The notes under the pieces: generated by a model
What the model was told of the DNA's origin: nothing
Databases searched by the model: none
Seen by the model: the letters and a program-made list of their open reading frames with translations, nothing else
Shown: piece after piece, positions 1 through 8,133 of the stretch
Layout of the letters: each line of letters begins with the position of its first letter
Numbering within the stretch: the stretch's first letter is position 1
Program-made: the position numbers and the translations under genes
From: Candidatus Nanoarchaeia archaeon
GTDB taxonomy: Archaea > Nanobdellota > Nanobdellia > Woesearchaeales > JANQNC01
Direction of reading: 5' to 3'
Length of the DNA: 32,000 nt
Assembly (NCBI GenBank): GCA_028279745.1
Contig: JANQNC010000001.1
Location: 1,140,001 to 1,172,000 of the forward strand

Positions 1-1
1 T

Positions 2-220
2 TACGGTGAGTTCCCTGCATGTGCAGGTGACCTACAAGAAGGTGAAGCTATAATCGCAGTAAAAGAATACGGTGATTACACAGCACTTCTAGCAGCTGGT
101 TACTCAGGCGACGACACAAGAAGAGCTGGAATCGTTCTACACGACTACACTTCATACCCACTAAGTGGATCTGAAGTAAAAGTTACAGGAACAGATTTCA
201 CAAACATCGTTGTGGAATAA
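2..220 (+). CDS. 3' end of a secreted S-layer-like domain protein (partial; start lies outside the window)
   Basis: Open frame from the window edge to TAA at 218-220. The tail ...LLAAGYSGDDTRRAGIVLHDY... parallels ...LIVAGKWGEDTRVAGIAVAKY... at the end of the 5408-5944 protein. A T-rich terminator follows. Confidence 0.5.
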   Translation, partial: YGEFPACAGDLQEGEAIIAVKEYGDYTALLAAGYSGDDTRRAGIVLHDYTSYPLSGSEVKVTGTDFTNIVVE

Positions 221-234
221 AAAGGCTAAAAACC

Positions 235-264
235 TTTTTTTCTTTTTTTTTCTTTTCTTTTTCT
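235..264 (+). terminator. Oligo-T tract (archaeal-type terminator) after the partial S-layer-like gene
   Basis: Sequence ttttttttctttttttttcttttctttttc lies directly downstream of the stop at 220. Oligo-T tracts are known archaeal termination signals. Confidence 0.5.
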
Positions 265-372
265 AAATGGCTAACATTTGAAAGAAACTAGTTCTAACTC
301 TATAATTTACCAAAAAGTATTTAAAAACAAACCCTCCATTAAGTGTAAAAACAAACCTGGGGTGGTTTAAAA

Positions 373-1254
373 ATGAGACAAAAATCAATAATATTTACAG
401 TGCTAGTTCTAGCAACAATTTTATTAGTTGGATGTGGTGAGAAAGAAGCTGAAAAACAAGAAGTGATAGATAAACCAATAGTAGTAACAGACACCGAAGA
501 AAAAACAGTTGTAGAAGAGCCAAAATGCAAGCTGACAACAACTACAACAGGAAAGACAACAATTTGTTCCAGTGGGTGTGATTATACAACTGTAACGAGT
601 GCGATAGAGAATGGGTTCACAGACATGATAATAACAGACTGTGGAGAATATGAAGAAAATGTGGTATTCAAAGAAGACGGCACAGTCTTGGATTGTCAAA
701 GTGCAACAATCAAAGGAGCAAATGTTGGAGATGGAGTATATATGCCAAACGTAGACAATGGGGAACTAAAGAATTGCAAGATAGATGGATTTAACTTTGG
801 CGTACATCTATTATCATCAAACAACAACAAACTGATGAATAATGATCTAGTAGGAAACAACCAAGGGATGAGGATAAAATTAAGCAGCGATAATCTAGTT
901 GAAGGAAACACGATAAAAGACAGCAATGATGATGGGATGACTTTAATAACCGCTGCAGAAAATAACATGATAAAGAATAACGAGATATCAGGAAGCTTGC
1001 TTACAGGAATAACCGTGACATCAAACAAAAATACACTAGAAGGAAACACAATAATAAATAATGGAGAAGAAGGAATACATGTACAGGCACAAGATACTGT
1101 GTTAAGAAATAACGTATTAAAAGATAACGACGAGCAAGGATTAACATGCAAGCTAGCAAGAACAATAACCCTAGAAGGAAATGAATGTGAAGGAAATGCA
1201 GAAGGAGCATGTGATGGATGCCCCGCAGACAACTGTAATTCACAGAGCTGTTAA
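373..1254 (+). CDS. Secreted lipobox protein with right-handed parallel beta-helix (PbH1/NosD-like) repeats and a Cys-rich tail
   Basis: ATG 373 is preceded by GGGGTGG. There is an N-terminal signal with a lipobox-like LLVGC. The body has reiterated ~22-aa units (NNKLMNNDLVGN, DNLVEGNTIKDS, NNMIKNNEISGS, KNTLEGNTIINN, DTVLRNNVLKDN). The C-terminus reads CEGNAEGACDGCPADNC. Confidence 0.7.
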   Translation: MRQKSIIFTVLVLATILLVGCGEKEAEKQEVIDKPIVVTDTEEKTVVEEPKCKLTTTTTGKTTICSSGCDYTTVTSAIENGFTDMIITDCGEYEENVVFKEDGTVLDCQSATIKGANVGDGVYMPNVDNGELKNCKIDGFNFGVHLLSSNNNKLMNNDLVGNNQGMRIKLSSDNLVEGNTIKDSNDDGMTLITAAENNMIKNNEISGSLLTGITVTSNKNTLEGNTIINNGEEGIHVQAQDTVLRNNVLKDNDEQGLTCKLARTITLEGNECEGNAEGACDGCPADNCNSQSC

Positions 1255-1266
1255 GGAGGTTAAAAA

Positions 1267-1947
1267 ATGAAGAAAATACTAACCATATTGGCATTACTAT
1301 CAGTCTTTTTATTGGTGGGATGCAGTCAAGAACTAATAGAAGAAAAAGAGTACAAAGTAGCTGGAGACGAAGACAAAAAAACAACAGTGACGGTCAAAGA
1401 TGATGATACAAGCGTGAAAACACAAGATGTTGACCAAAGAATAGTGGATGTTTTAGCAAACCAAGAAGATCTCAAAGGGTATTCCTACAAAATAGAACAC
1501 TATGAAAGTGTTGATAGCAACAGAGTGCTTAGATGGACCAAGTTTGCGAAGAAAGGAGATAAGATAAGACAAGAGTATTCAGGAAGGATCTTCTTTAGAG
1601 AAGGAGATGGAGAGGTTTACGAGTTCTTCCCAGGCGGAAAAAACAAGACTAAAAGAGTGCTTGCAAACGTACTTAGAGAAGATACACTCCTACTAAATGT
1701 TGATGAAATGATAAACCCAGAAGTAATCAACTTTAACTGGAATAGACCGCTAGAAGGAATGCTGATAGGGTATGAAGACAGCGCAGGAAATAAATACGAA
1801 ACATACCTATGGAAACATTATGGGTTACCTTTAGAGATAACAAAAACAAAGCTTAATGGGGATGTAGAGTTTGTTAAGTATGTTGACATAGATGCCTCAA
1901 TAAAAGAAGTGGAAGTGACCCTTCCAAACGCGGAGCTGATAGAATAG
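1267..1947 (+). CDS. Hypothetical lipobox (lipoprotein-like) secreted protein
   Basis: GGAGG sits 8 nt upstream of the ATG, 12 nt after the preceding stop. The N-terminus is MKKILTILALLSVFLLVGCSQE. I recognised no domain. Confidence 0.6.
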   Translation: MKKILTILALLSVFLLVGCSQELIEEKEYKVAGDEDKKTTVTVKDDDTSVKTQDVDQRIVDVLANQEDLKGYSYKIEHYESVDSNRVLRWTKFAKKGDKIRQEYSGRIFFREGDGEVYEFFPGGKNKTKRVLANVLREDTLLLNVDEMINPEVINFNWNRPLEGMLIGYEDSAGNKYETYLWKHYGLPLEITKTKLNGDVEFVKYVDIDASIKEVEVTLPNAELIE

Positions 1948-1970
1948 CTCTTTTTTATTATTTTTCTTTC

Positions 1971-2777
1971 TTATTCATCCTTGTCTCTGCCAAAACAGAC
2001 ATCATAAAAATCACACTGGCCAGTAGACCATTTGCACAAAGGACTCGTTCGTCTAGGATAAAACTCAATCTCGCCCGCAGAAGTCAGTTCATGAACTAAC
2101 ATAACTTCACGAGCAGCTTCACGAACATTCTCCATACTGCAAGTTATAGTCTGTTCACCAAACTTAAGAAAGTATATGCCTAATTCATCAGGGATAGTTC
2201 CATGTTTTTCATGGTATAATAAAGCATAAATGTTTAACTGTAACCTATAAGCATCATTCAGATGAGGCCTTGCTGAAGTCTTATAATCCATAACCCTAAC
2301 TTTCCCATCAATCTCTTCGATAGCATCAATATAACCTCTAACATTATACTTGTCTGATCTGAAATGTTGTTCCCTTATAGGTATTTTTGATTTAAAATCT
2401 TCAACAAAGTTAGTATCATCAATAGACTCTAAGAAAGTACCAACCCATTTCTTTAACATTTCTTCACTATCTTTGTAATAATGAAGCAATTCTTCTTCAG
2501 ACATTCCTAAAGAGTGTAACGCATTATGTTTTTCCTGCCAATGCTTAAGCAATAAAGCACCAACAAAAGAATGCAAAAAAGATTTGTAATCTTTCACATC
2601 ACCTAACTTACTAAAATCTATCTCAAAGAAATCTTCTAGGGCTGAGTGGACTATGTTTCCACGTACTAGATGGATAGAAGGTCTGCCCGGAAGCTTCTCA
2701 ATATATTGATAATAATATTTTCTAGGACATTGTTTGTATGTATTAATACTTGAAGGACTTTCAATTCTACGAACCAT
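1971..2777 (-). CDS. Cas4/RecB-like PD-(D/E)XK nuclease with 4-Cys Fe-S cluster pattern
   Basis: One N-terminal Cys (NTYKQCPRKYYYQY) and a C-terminal CKWSTGQCDFYDVC give the Cas4/AddB-type cysteine arrangement. The nuclease core is GYIDAIEE...VMDYK. The ORF track starts at TTG 2795. In-frame ATG 2777 lies about 25 nt downstream of a TTTATATGA box, so I trimmed the start. Confidence 0.75.
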   Translation of the reverse strand: MVRRIESPSSINTYKQCPRKYYYQYIEKLPGRPSIHLVRGNIVHSALEDFFEIDFSKLGDVKDYKSFLHSFVGALLLKHWQEKHNALHSLGMSEEELLHYYKDSEEMLKKWVGTFLESIDDTNFVEDFKSKIPIREQHFRSDKYNVRGYIDAIEEIDGKVRVMDYKTSARPHLNDAYRLQLNIYALLYHEKHGTIPDELGIYFLKFGEQTITCSMENVREAAREVMLVHELTSAGEIEFYPRRTSPLCKWSTGQCDFYDVCFGRDKDE

Positions 2778-2830
2778 AACTAATCCTTTTTGCAACTCAT
2801 ATAAATAGGTTTGGAATTGTGAAAAATATA

Positions 2831-2892
2831 GTAAATGACTTACGCCATTTACTAATTTAGGAAGGCGAGCCTTCCTAACGTTACGAAACGTT
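2831..2892. promoter_or_regulatory. Three back-to-back perfect hairpins/palindromes in a divergent promoter region
   Basis: gtaaatg-N8-catttac (2831-2852); aggaagg-cgag-ccttcct (2859-2876); aacgtt-acga-aacgtt (2877-2892). The last abuts the TATA box at 2891-2898. Confidence 0.45.
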
Positions 2893-2898
2893 TAAATA
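2891..2898 (+). promoter_or_regulatory. TATA box (TTTAAATA) for the small ORF / CorC operon
   Basis: A consensus-like archaeal TATA box ends 20 nt upstream of the ATG at 2918. Confidence 0.5.
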
Positions 2899-2917
2899 CT
2901 GAGTTAGCAACGCAATA

Positions 2918-3070
2918 ATGATGAAAAGCAAAATTATATTTATCTTTGTGGTGGTAATCTGTACATTCTTAGTTACACTACTTTTTGACAGCCACTTACT
3001 ATTAAACCTACTCTTTATGATGATAATAGCATTACTAGTGGGAGTAATGTTCTTAGGAAGAAGAGATTAA
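2918..3070 (+). CDS. Small (50 aa) two-TM membrane protein, probably co-transcribed with the CorC-like transporter
   Basis: The product is MMKSKIIFIFVVVICTFLVTLLFDSHLLLNLLFMMIIALLVGVMFLGRRD. It is below the ORF-track length cutoff. Its stop lies 3 nt before the ATG at 3074, and a TATA box lies upstream. Confidence 0.3.
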   Translation: MMKSKIIFIFVVVICTFLVTLLFDSHLLLNLLFMMIIALLVGVMFLGRRD

Positions 3071-3073
3071 AAA

Positions 3074-4309
3074 ATGCTAAACGAACTAATAACTCTTATC
3101 GTACTGATATGTCTTTCAGCATTCTTTTCAGGAGTAGAGACAGCATTTGTAGGCTTAACCCATATAAAACTACATCATATGCTGGCAAAAAGGAAAAAAA
3201 ATGCAGATGTTGTGGCAAGGCTAAAAGAAAAACCACAAAGACTGATAACAACAATCCTCATAGGAAATAACATAGTAAACATAGCTTTATCTGCAATATC
3301 AACAAAGATAGCGCTAGATCTATTTGGGAGCACAGGAGTTGCAATAGCAGTGGGGATCGTCACATTAACAATCCTAATATTTGGAGAGATCACGCCAAAA
3401 TCATTAGCGATAGCGCATGCAGAAAAAATAACACTGATGACTGCAAGACCTTTAGAGCTAGTATCATTTGTTTTATTCCCCCTAGTAATAATATTTGAAG
3501 GATTGTCTATTTTAGCAACAAAAATTACAGGCGGAGAAAATAAGAACCCGACAGTAACAGAAGAAGAACTAAAAACAATGATCGAGATAGGGGAAAAAGA
3601 AAACATAATAGAACAAAAAGAAAAAGAGTTCATAGAGGGCGTGTTGGAGTTTAACGACATAACAGCAAGAGAGGTGATGACTCCAAGAGTGAGAATGTTT
3701 GCACTAAGCGCAGACATAAAAATCAAAGATGCATTGCCAAGAATAAACAAGAAAGGATTCTCAAGAATACCGATCTACAAAGGAACAAGAGACAAAATAG
3801 TGGGGGTAGTACACATAAAAGACATACTAAACGCCGTAGCAAAAAAGAAAACAAACAGAAAACTATCTTCAATAGCTGCAGACCCAGTATTCGTAACAGA
3901 AAATAGGATAGTCAGCGAGATATTCAAAGAGATGCAGGAAAAAAGAACACACTTAGTAATAATAGTGGATGAATATGGTGGAACAGAAGGGATAATCGCA
4001 TTAGAAGACTTACTTGAAGAGATTGTGGGAGAGATAATGGACGAATCAGACTTATCTCCAGAAATGATCTTAAGAGTGACTAAGAACGTGGTAGTTGTTC
4101 ATGGAGATACAGAGGTAGATGACGTAAACGACTTTTTCCATGTAAACCTGCCAGTAAGCGAAAGATACAATACAGTAAACGGGTTATTTCACCACAAATT
4201 GAGAAGGATACCAAGAAAGAATGCAACCTTGGAGTTTGATGGTGTAACAATAAAAGCACAAGAAGTATCAAAAAGGAAGATACTGAAAGCGAAGATAACA
4301 AAAACGTGA
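3074..4309 (+). CDS. CNNM / HlyC-CorC family transporter (DUF21 TM domain + CBS pair + CorC_HlyC C-terminal domain)
   Basis: The N-terminal region has 4 TM segments. It contains GEITPKSLA, the hinge motif FNDITAREVMTPR, CBS-pair sequences (FSRIPIY...VGVVHIKD) and a C-terminal ...HLVIIVDEYGGTEGIIALEDLLEEIVGEI... segment. Confidence 0.9.
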   Translation: MLNELITLIVLICLSAFFSGVETAFVGLTHIKLHHMLAKRKKNADVVARLKEKPQRLITTILIGNNIVNIALSAISTKIALDLFGSTGVAIAVGIVTLTILIFGEITPKSLAIAHAEKITLMTARPLELVSFVLFPLVIIFEGLSILATKITGGENKNPTVTEEELKTMIEIGEKENIIEQKEKEFIEGVLEFNDITAREVMTPRVRMFALSADIKIKDALPRINKKGFSRIPIYKGTRDKIVGVVHIKDILNAVAKKKTNRKLSSIAADPVFVTENRIVSEIFKEMQEKRTHLVIIVDEYGGTEGIIALEDLLEEIVGEIMDESDLSPEMILRVTKNVVVVHGDTEVDDVNDFFHVNLPVSERYNTVNGLFHHKLRRIPRKNATLEFDGVTIKAQEVSKRKILKAKITKT

Positions 4310-4352
4310 GTTCTTTAGAAAATAAACCAAAAAAGAGAAAAGAAAAATAAAA

Positions 4353-5237
4353 TTATTTCTTTTTCAGAACTAAAAATCCTGCAACCACTGAAATTATTAA
4401 AGCACCAATGCCGATTGCACTTAATTCTGGGACTGCTTCGTCACTAGGACCTCCGCCAAAACCACCTCCGATAAATGAAGTGCCGCTGCCAGCTGCAGTA
4501 AATTCTAGATCACAAATATCAAAGTGTCCAGGTTCATGATCTGTGCTTGGAGGGTTACCTAAAGTTGGATGGCAGTCTACATCATAGTCGGGGTAACCAG
4601 GGTTTCCTGCGTTATAATCGCTCCAGAAATTACCTTCACCTAAATAGTCCCAATTTGTACCCGTGCAGATAACATAATCATTGGTTGGTCCATCAGTATT
4701 CTCAGTATTATTAAGGCAGTTTCCATAAAAAAGAACATTGGAATCTGTGGAAACGATATAAATACCTTTTGTATTGCTTTCTACAACGTTGTCATTTATT
4801 ATCGTATTTGATGGAGTTCCTTGTACACTGATACCAAAAAAGTTGTCATGAGAGTAGCTGTTTTGGATCGTGTTGTCATGAGAGTCGGAACCTACTGCTA
4901 TAGCTCCAAATGAATTCGAGGTTATACCGAATATTTCACAGTTCTTAACAGTAACCCTTTCTCCAAATGATAATATGCCAAAGTCATAACCTTCTGAAAT
5001 AAGGTCAACCATGTAGTTGCTACAATCAAGAGTAACATCTGATGCTGTTATCCAAATAGCTCCGTTAGGACCCACTGTTGAGGGGCCTGTAACTTCCAAG
5101 TCTCCGCTAAGTGCGTATGTTCCTGGAACATCAATTATGCAGGGCGAAATTGTTCCAGACATAGATGTAGGACATGTCGCGTTCACTACGCCTACAGCAA
5201 ATAATGCAATAATGAACATTAATATTGTTTTTTTCAT
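4353..5237 (-). CDS. Secreted beta-helix repeat surface protein with PEL-type (PEF-CTERM-like) C-terminal anchor
   Basis: GGAGGT lies upstream of ATG 5237; the track starts at TTG 5252. The signal peptide is MKKTILMFIIALFAVGVVNA. Beta-helix repeats are present (VKNCEIFG, DNTIQNSYSHDN, NTIINDNVVESN). The tail is VPELSAIGIGALIISVVAGFLVLKKK. Confidence 0.7.
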   Translation of the reverse strand: MKKTILMFIIALFAVGVVNATCPTSMSGTISPCIIDVPGTYALSGDLEVTGPSTVGPNGAIWITASDVTLDCSNYMVDLISEGYDFGILSFGERVTVKNCEIFGITSNSFGAIAVGSDSHDNTIQNSYSHDNFFGISVQGTPSNTIINDNVVESNTKGIYIVSTDSNVLFYGNCLNNTENTDGPTNDYVICTGTNWDYLGEGNFWSDYNAGNPGYPDYDVDCHPTLGNPPSTDHEPGHFDICDLEFTAAGSGTSFIGGGFGGGPSDEAVPELSAIGIGALIISVVAGFLVLKKK

Positions 5238-5407
5238 CTTAGATACCTCCAAATAGTGTTATAATGCAAATTCTGATATCTTAGTTTATAAACTTTATTA
5301 GAATTAAGATGACATTTTAAAATTATTTATAAATAAAATTAGATCTTTTATAAACACAAAAAGTATTTAAACAAACTAAAACAAATAAAGTGGAGGAGGG
5401 GAAAACA

Positions 5408-5944
5408 ATGAAGAAAAATTTAGTCATGATATTAATTGCCTTATTCGCAGTATCAATAGTGGGCTCGGCAGACGTTGACCTATCAAGCTATCCATACCCG
5501 TTTGTAGAGAATGGAGAATTAAACACATTGCTAGTTATAGGTAAGTTAGCAGCACCAATAGACAACATAGCAGTTACTGGAATAGCGATGAGTCTACAAA
5601 CACAGATAGAAGGGAAAGTAGCAGTAGATGCAATAGTGTTTGACAGAGATATTGAGGATGTTAGTGCACAAAACCTGATAGTTGTAGGGGGGCCATGTGT
5701 AAACACAGTAGCACATGAACTGCTAAACACAGGAAAAGACTGTTCAGAAGGATTCCAAGATGGAGTAGGTAATATACAGCTAATACCAACCGGGAAAGGA
5801 AATTATGCATTGATCGTTGCAGGTAAGTGGGGAGAAGATACAAGAGTGGCAGGAATAGCAGTGGCAAAATACTATGACTATAAGCTAACAGGCTATGAAA
5901 AGAAAGTATCTGCAACAGGAAGCTCAGCTAACGAAGTTAATTGA
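5408..5944 (+). CDS. Secreted S-layer-like domain protein (S_layer_N-type motifs)
   Basis: GGAGGAGGGG lies upstream of ATG 5408; the track starts at GTG 5390. A signal peptide is followed by DLSSYPYPFVENG, LLVIGKLAAPID..A and LIVVGGPCVN, as in the N-terminal domain of methanococcal-type S-layer proteins. This is recognised from memory. Confidence 0.55.
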   Translation: MKKNLVMILIALFAVSIVGSADVDLSSYPYPFVENGELNTLLVIGKLAAPIDNIAVTGIAMSLQTQIEGKVAVDAIVFDRDIEDVSAQNLIVVGGPCVNTVAHELLNTGKDCSEGFQDGVGNIQLIPTGKGNYALIVAGKWGEDTRVAGIAVAKYYDYKLTGYEKKVSATGSSANEVN

Positions 5945-5982
5945 GCAAACATATAAAAACAAGAAGGAAATTCTCAAAGAAG

Positions 5983-6651
5983 ATGGCAGAAGTAGTAATA
6001 ACATACGAAACACTGTACGAACTTCTTAGACGAGAAAAGAGTAGAGAAGAGTTACAGAAATTAGAAGAAAACTTCTTACAAGAGACACAAAAATACCTAC
6101 AAGAAAAAGGAGACATCATCAAAAAAGCAGGCGAAAGCTTATTTGCAAACGATGAGAGAAGAAAAACACAAACGCAGATAGAGAATGCAAGAAGATTGCT
6201 GAAAGAGCTTTATCATAAAAGAGAACAAAAGATAGTAAATACTGCATTAGACACAAACAAGACAGGAACAAAAATAGTATCAACAGCAAACATGCTTCCA
6301 AGAGAAAAAGAGCTGTATAAAAACGTATTAACAATGCTAGAATCGTCAAAATCTGCTATGTTAAACGCGGTATTAGAAGGCAGCTTAAAACCGTTAGAAC
6401 CAGAGGAAAATTCCACTGTTGAGAAAGAGAAGCAAGAAACCCCTAATTCGGGCGATTTAGAGGGTGGAAAACCAAAAGATTTAAAAGGAAATCTCGAAAA
6501 CGGTAAATCAGTAAGGTTCAAAGAGGAGGTTCCTAAGTTTATGGGAACAGACTTAAACGTATATGGGCCTTACGATAAAGAAACAGAAGCAACCTTGCCA
6601 GAAAAAGTGGCAGAGCTGCTGATAAAAAAAGGAAAAGTTGAAGAAATATGA
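5983..6651 (+). CDS. gins51: GINS complex subunit, Gins51 (Gins15) type
   Basis: A-domain start is MAEVVITYETLYELLRREKSREELQKLEENF. The C-terminal B-domain is VRFKEEVPKFMGTDLNVYGPYDKETEATLPEKVAELLIKKGKVEEI. ATG 5983 lies about 25 nt after an ATATAAAAA box. The track's upstream TTG extension overlaps the previous gene. Confidence 0.75.
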   Translation: MAEVVITYETLYELLRREKSREELQKLEENFLQETQKYLQEKGDIIKKAGESLFANDERRKTQTQIENARRLLKELYHKREQKIVNTALDTNKTGTKIVSTANMLPREKELYKNVLTMLESSKSAMLNAVLEGSLKPLEPEENSTVEKEKQETPNSGDLEGGKPKDLKGNLENGKSVRFKEEVPKFMGTDLNVYGPYDKETEATLPEKVAELLIKKGKVEEI

Positions 6652-6956
6652 AATTACCAAAACAAACCAAAAGATATTGCCCTTCATGCAAAAAACACAC
6701 AGAGCACAAGATAGCTCCAGCAAAGAAAAAATCACCAAGTTCACTTAACTGGGGATCAAAGTACAGGATGCAGGCAAGAGGCAAATGCACAGGATCAGGA
6801 AACCAAGGAAAACTTTCTAAAGGTGCGTTGACAAAGTGGAAACGTTATGGTAAAAAAGCTACTAAGAAAACAGATCTGAGATATACATGCGGAGATTGTA
6901 AAAAAACACACTGCCAAAAAGAAGGCTTTAGAGCTAAAAAGGTAGAGTTCGCATAA
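6648..6956 (+). CDS. rpl44e: 50S ribosomal protein L44e (eL42)
   Basis: The product begins MKLPKQTKRYCPSCKKHTEHK and later has YTCGDCKK, a 4-Cys zinc ribbon in a basic protein of typical length. Its start overlaps the GINS stop (ATGA). Confidence 0.95.
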   Translation: MKLPKQTKRYCPSCKKHTEHKIAPAKKKSPSSLNWGSKYRMQARGKCTGSGNQGKLSKGALTKWKRYGKKATKKTDLRYTCGDCKKTHCQKEGFRAKKVEFA

Positions 6957-6975
6957 AACGAGGTTCTGGAAATAA

Positions 6976-8133
6976 ATGCAATTAGTCACCGTTGTCATCC
7001 CCACGTATGCTAAGATTCTCAAAGAAGAAGGTTGTTTAATAAGACTTCTTAATTCGATCAAAAGAGTAGAAGGCAATAGTTTCAGAGTTATAATTCTAGA
7101 CACAACAGATCCAATAGACACATCAGTAGAAGAAAAAATAGAAAGTTTGGTTGAAAGATACAAAGACAGTTTTCCAATAATGCACTCTTCAGTTCTAGAT
7201 ATGTGGAAACTTCATGAGTACATGGAAGAGAATGGTTTTGGAAAATTAAACATAAAACTTAATTTTGATCACTACTCAAACTTTAGAAATGTTGGTTTAA
7301 TAATTGCAAACATACTAAGATCAAGAGTGGTGGTTATGGTAGATGACGATGAGATAATAACTGACAAAAACTTCTTCAAAACAATAAGAGATGGATTAGG
7401 AGAAAAGTTCTACGGTAAAAAAATATTAGGAAAAACAGGATTTTACACCCATAACGGAGAATACAAAATAAAACCAAAAGGCCTTGAATGGAAAAAACAT
7501 TGGCCATCTGTACAGCTGATCAATAAAACAATGCAGCACTTGGTAGAAAGCCCACACCGATTTAACAATACAACAATAGCTTTAGCAGGAATAATAGTTT
7601 TGACGGATAGACTTTACATAAATGTGCCATTCGACCCATACTGCAAAAGAGGAGAAGACTCAAACTACGTAATAAGCTGCAAACAACTAGGTTATAAATT
7701 TGTATTTGACAATAAACTAAGCGTAGAACACCACCCTCCACAAGTAATCGTGGGAGGACCATCAAAAAAATCAAACTTTTACCAAAGGTTCAGACAAGAC
7801 ATCTATAGGTTTATCTATGAACGAGAGAGACTAGAAAATTTTGACAATGTAGATGTTGAAGATCTAGACCCTTATCCTGGATTTTTCTTAAGAGACGATT
7901 TAGAGTATAGAGCAGCATCAGTCTGTATAAATTATGCAACTAGGGCACTAAAAAACAAAGACAGAGAAGCATATCTAGGACAGATGAGAAACCTAAAGAT
8001 AATATTCAAGAATGCAGAAAACTATGCAGACAAAAACGCAGGAAGATTCTTAAGATTCCAAAAAAGATGGTCAAAAATGATGAAAGAAATCAGAAAAGAC
8101 AAAAAATTATTCAACCATTTCAATAGGTTCTAA
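6976..8133 (+). CDS. Glycosyltransferase-like protein (GT-A-like, DDDE motif), paralogue of 8120-9334
   Basis: Motifs: VVIPTY start, RNVG...VVMVDDDE, GFYTHNGEYK, PFDPYCKRGED, VEHHPP, DIYRFIYERERL. The same ordered motifs occur in the convergent neighbour. GAGGT lies upstream of the ATG. Confidence 0.55.
   Translation: MQLVTVVIPTYAKILKEEGCLIRLLNSIKRVEGNSFRVIILDTTDPIDTSVEEKIESLVERYKDSFPIMHSSVLDMWKLHEYMEENGFGKLNIKLNFDHYSNFRNVGLIIANILRSRVVVMVDDDEIITDKNFFKTIRDGLGEKFYGKKILGKTGFYTHNGEYKIKPKGLEWKKHWPSVQLINKTMQHLVESPHRFNNTTIALAGIIVLTDRLYINVPFDPYCKRGEDSNYVISCKQLGYKFVFDNKLSVEHHPPQVIVGGPSKKSNFYQRFRQDIYRFIYERERLENFDNVDVEDLDPYPGFFLRDDLEYRAASVCINYATRALKNKDREAYLGQMRNLKIIFKNAENYADKNAGRFLRFQKRWSKMMKEIRKDKKLFNHFNRF

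Noticed and set aside
5941-5982. N-terminal extensions in the ORF track that begin at TTG or GTG. Affected ORF-track starts are 5941, 5390, 14488, 15260, 16870, 26705, 27213, 2795, 5252, 20982 and 30599.
   Set aside because: In each case an in-frame ATG a few codons downstream has a GGAGG/AGGTG site or a TATA box at leaderless distance. That ATG also begins a proper signal peptide or conserved N-terminus. The extensions overlap upstream genes or promoters.
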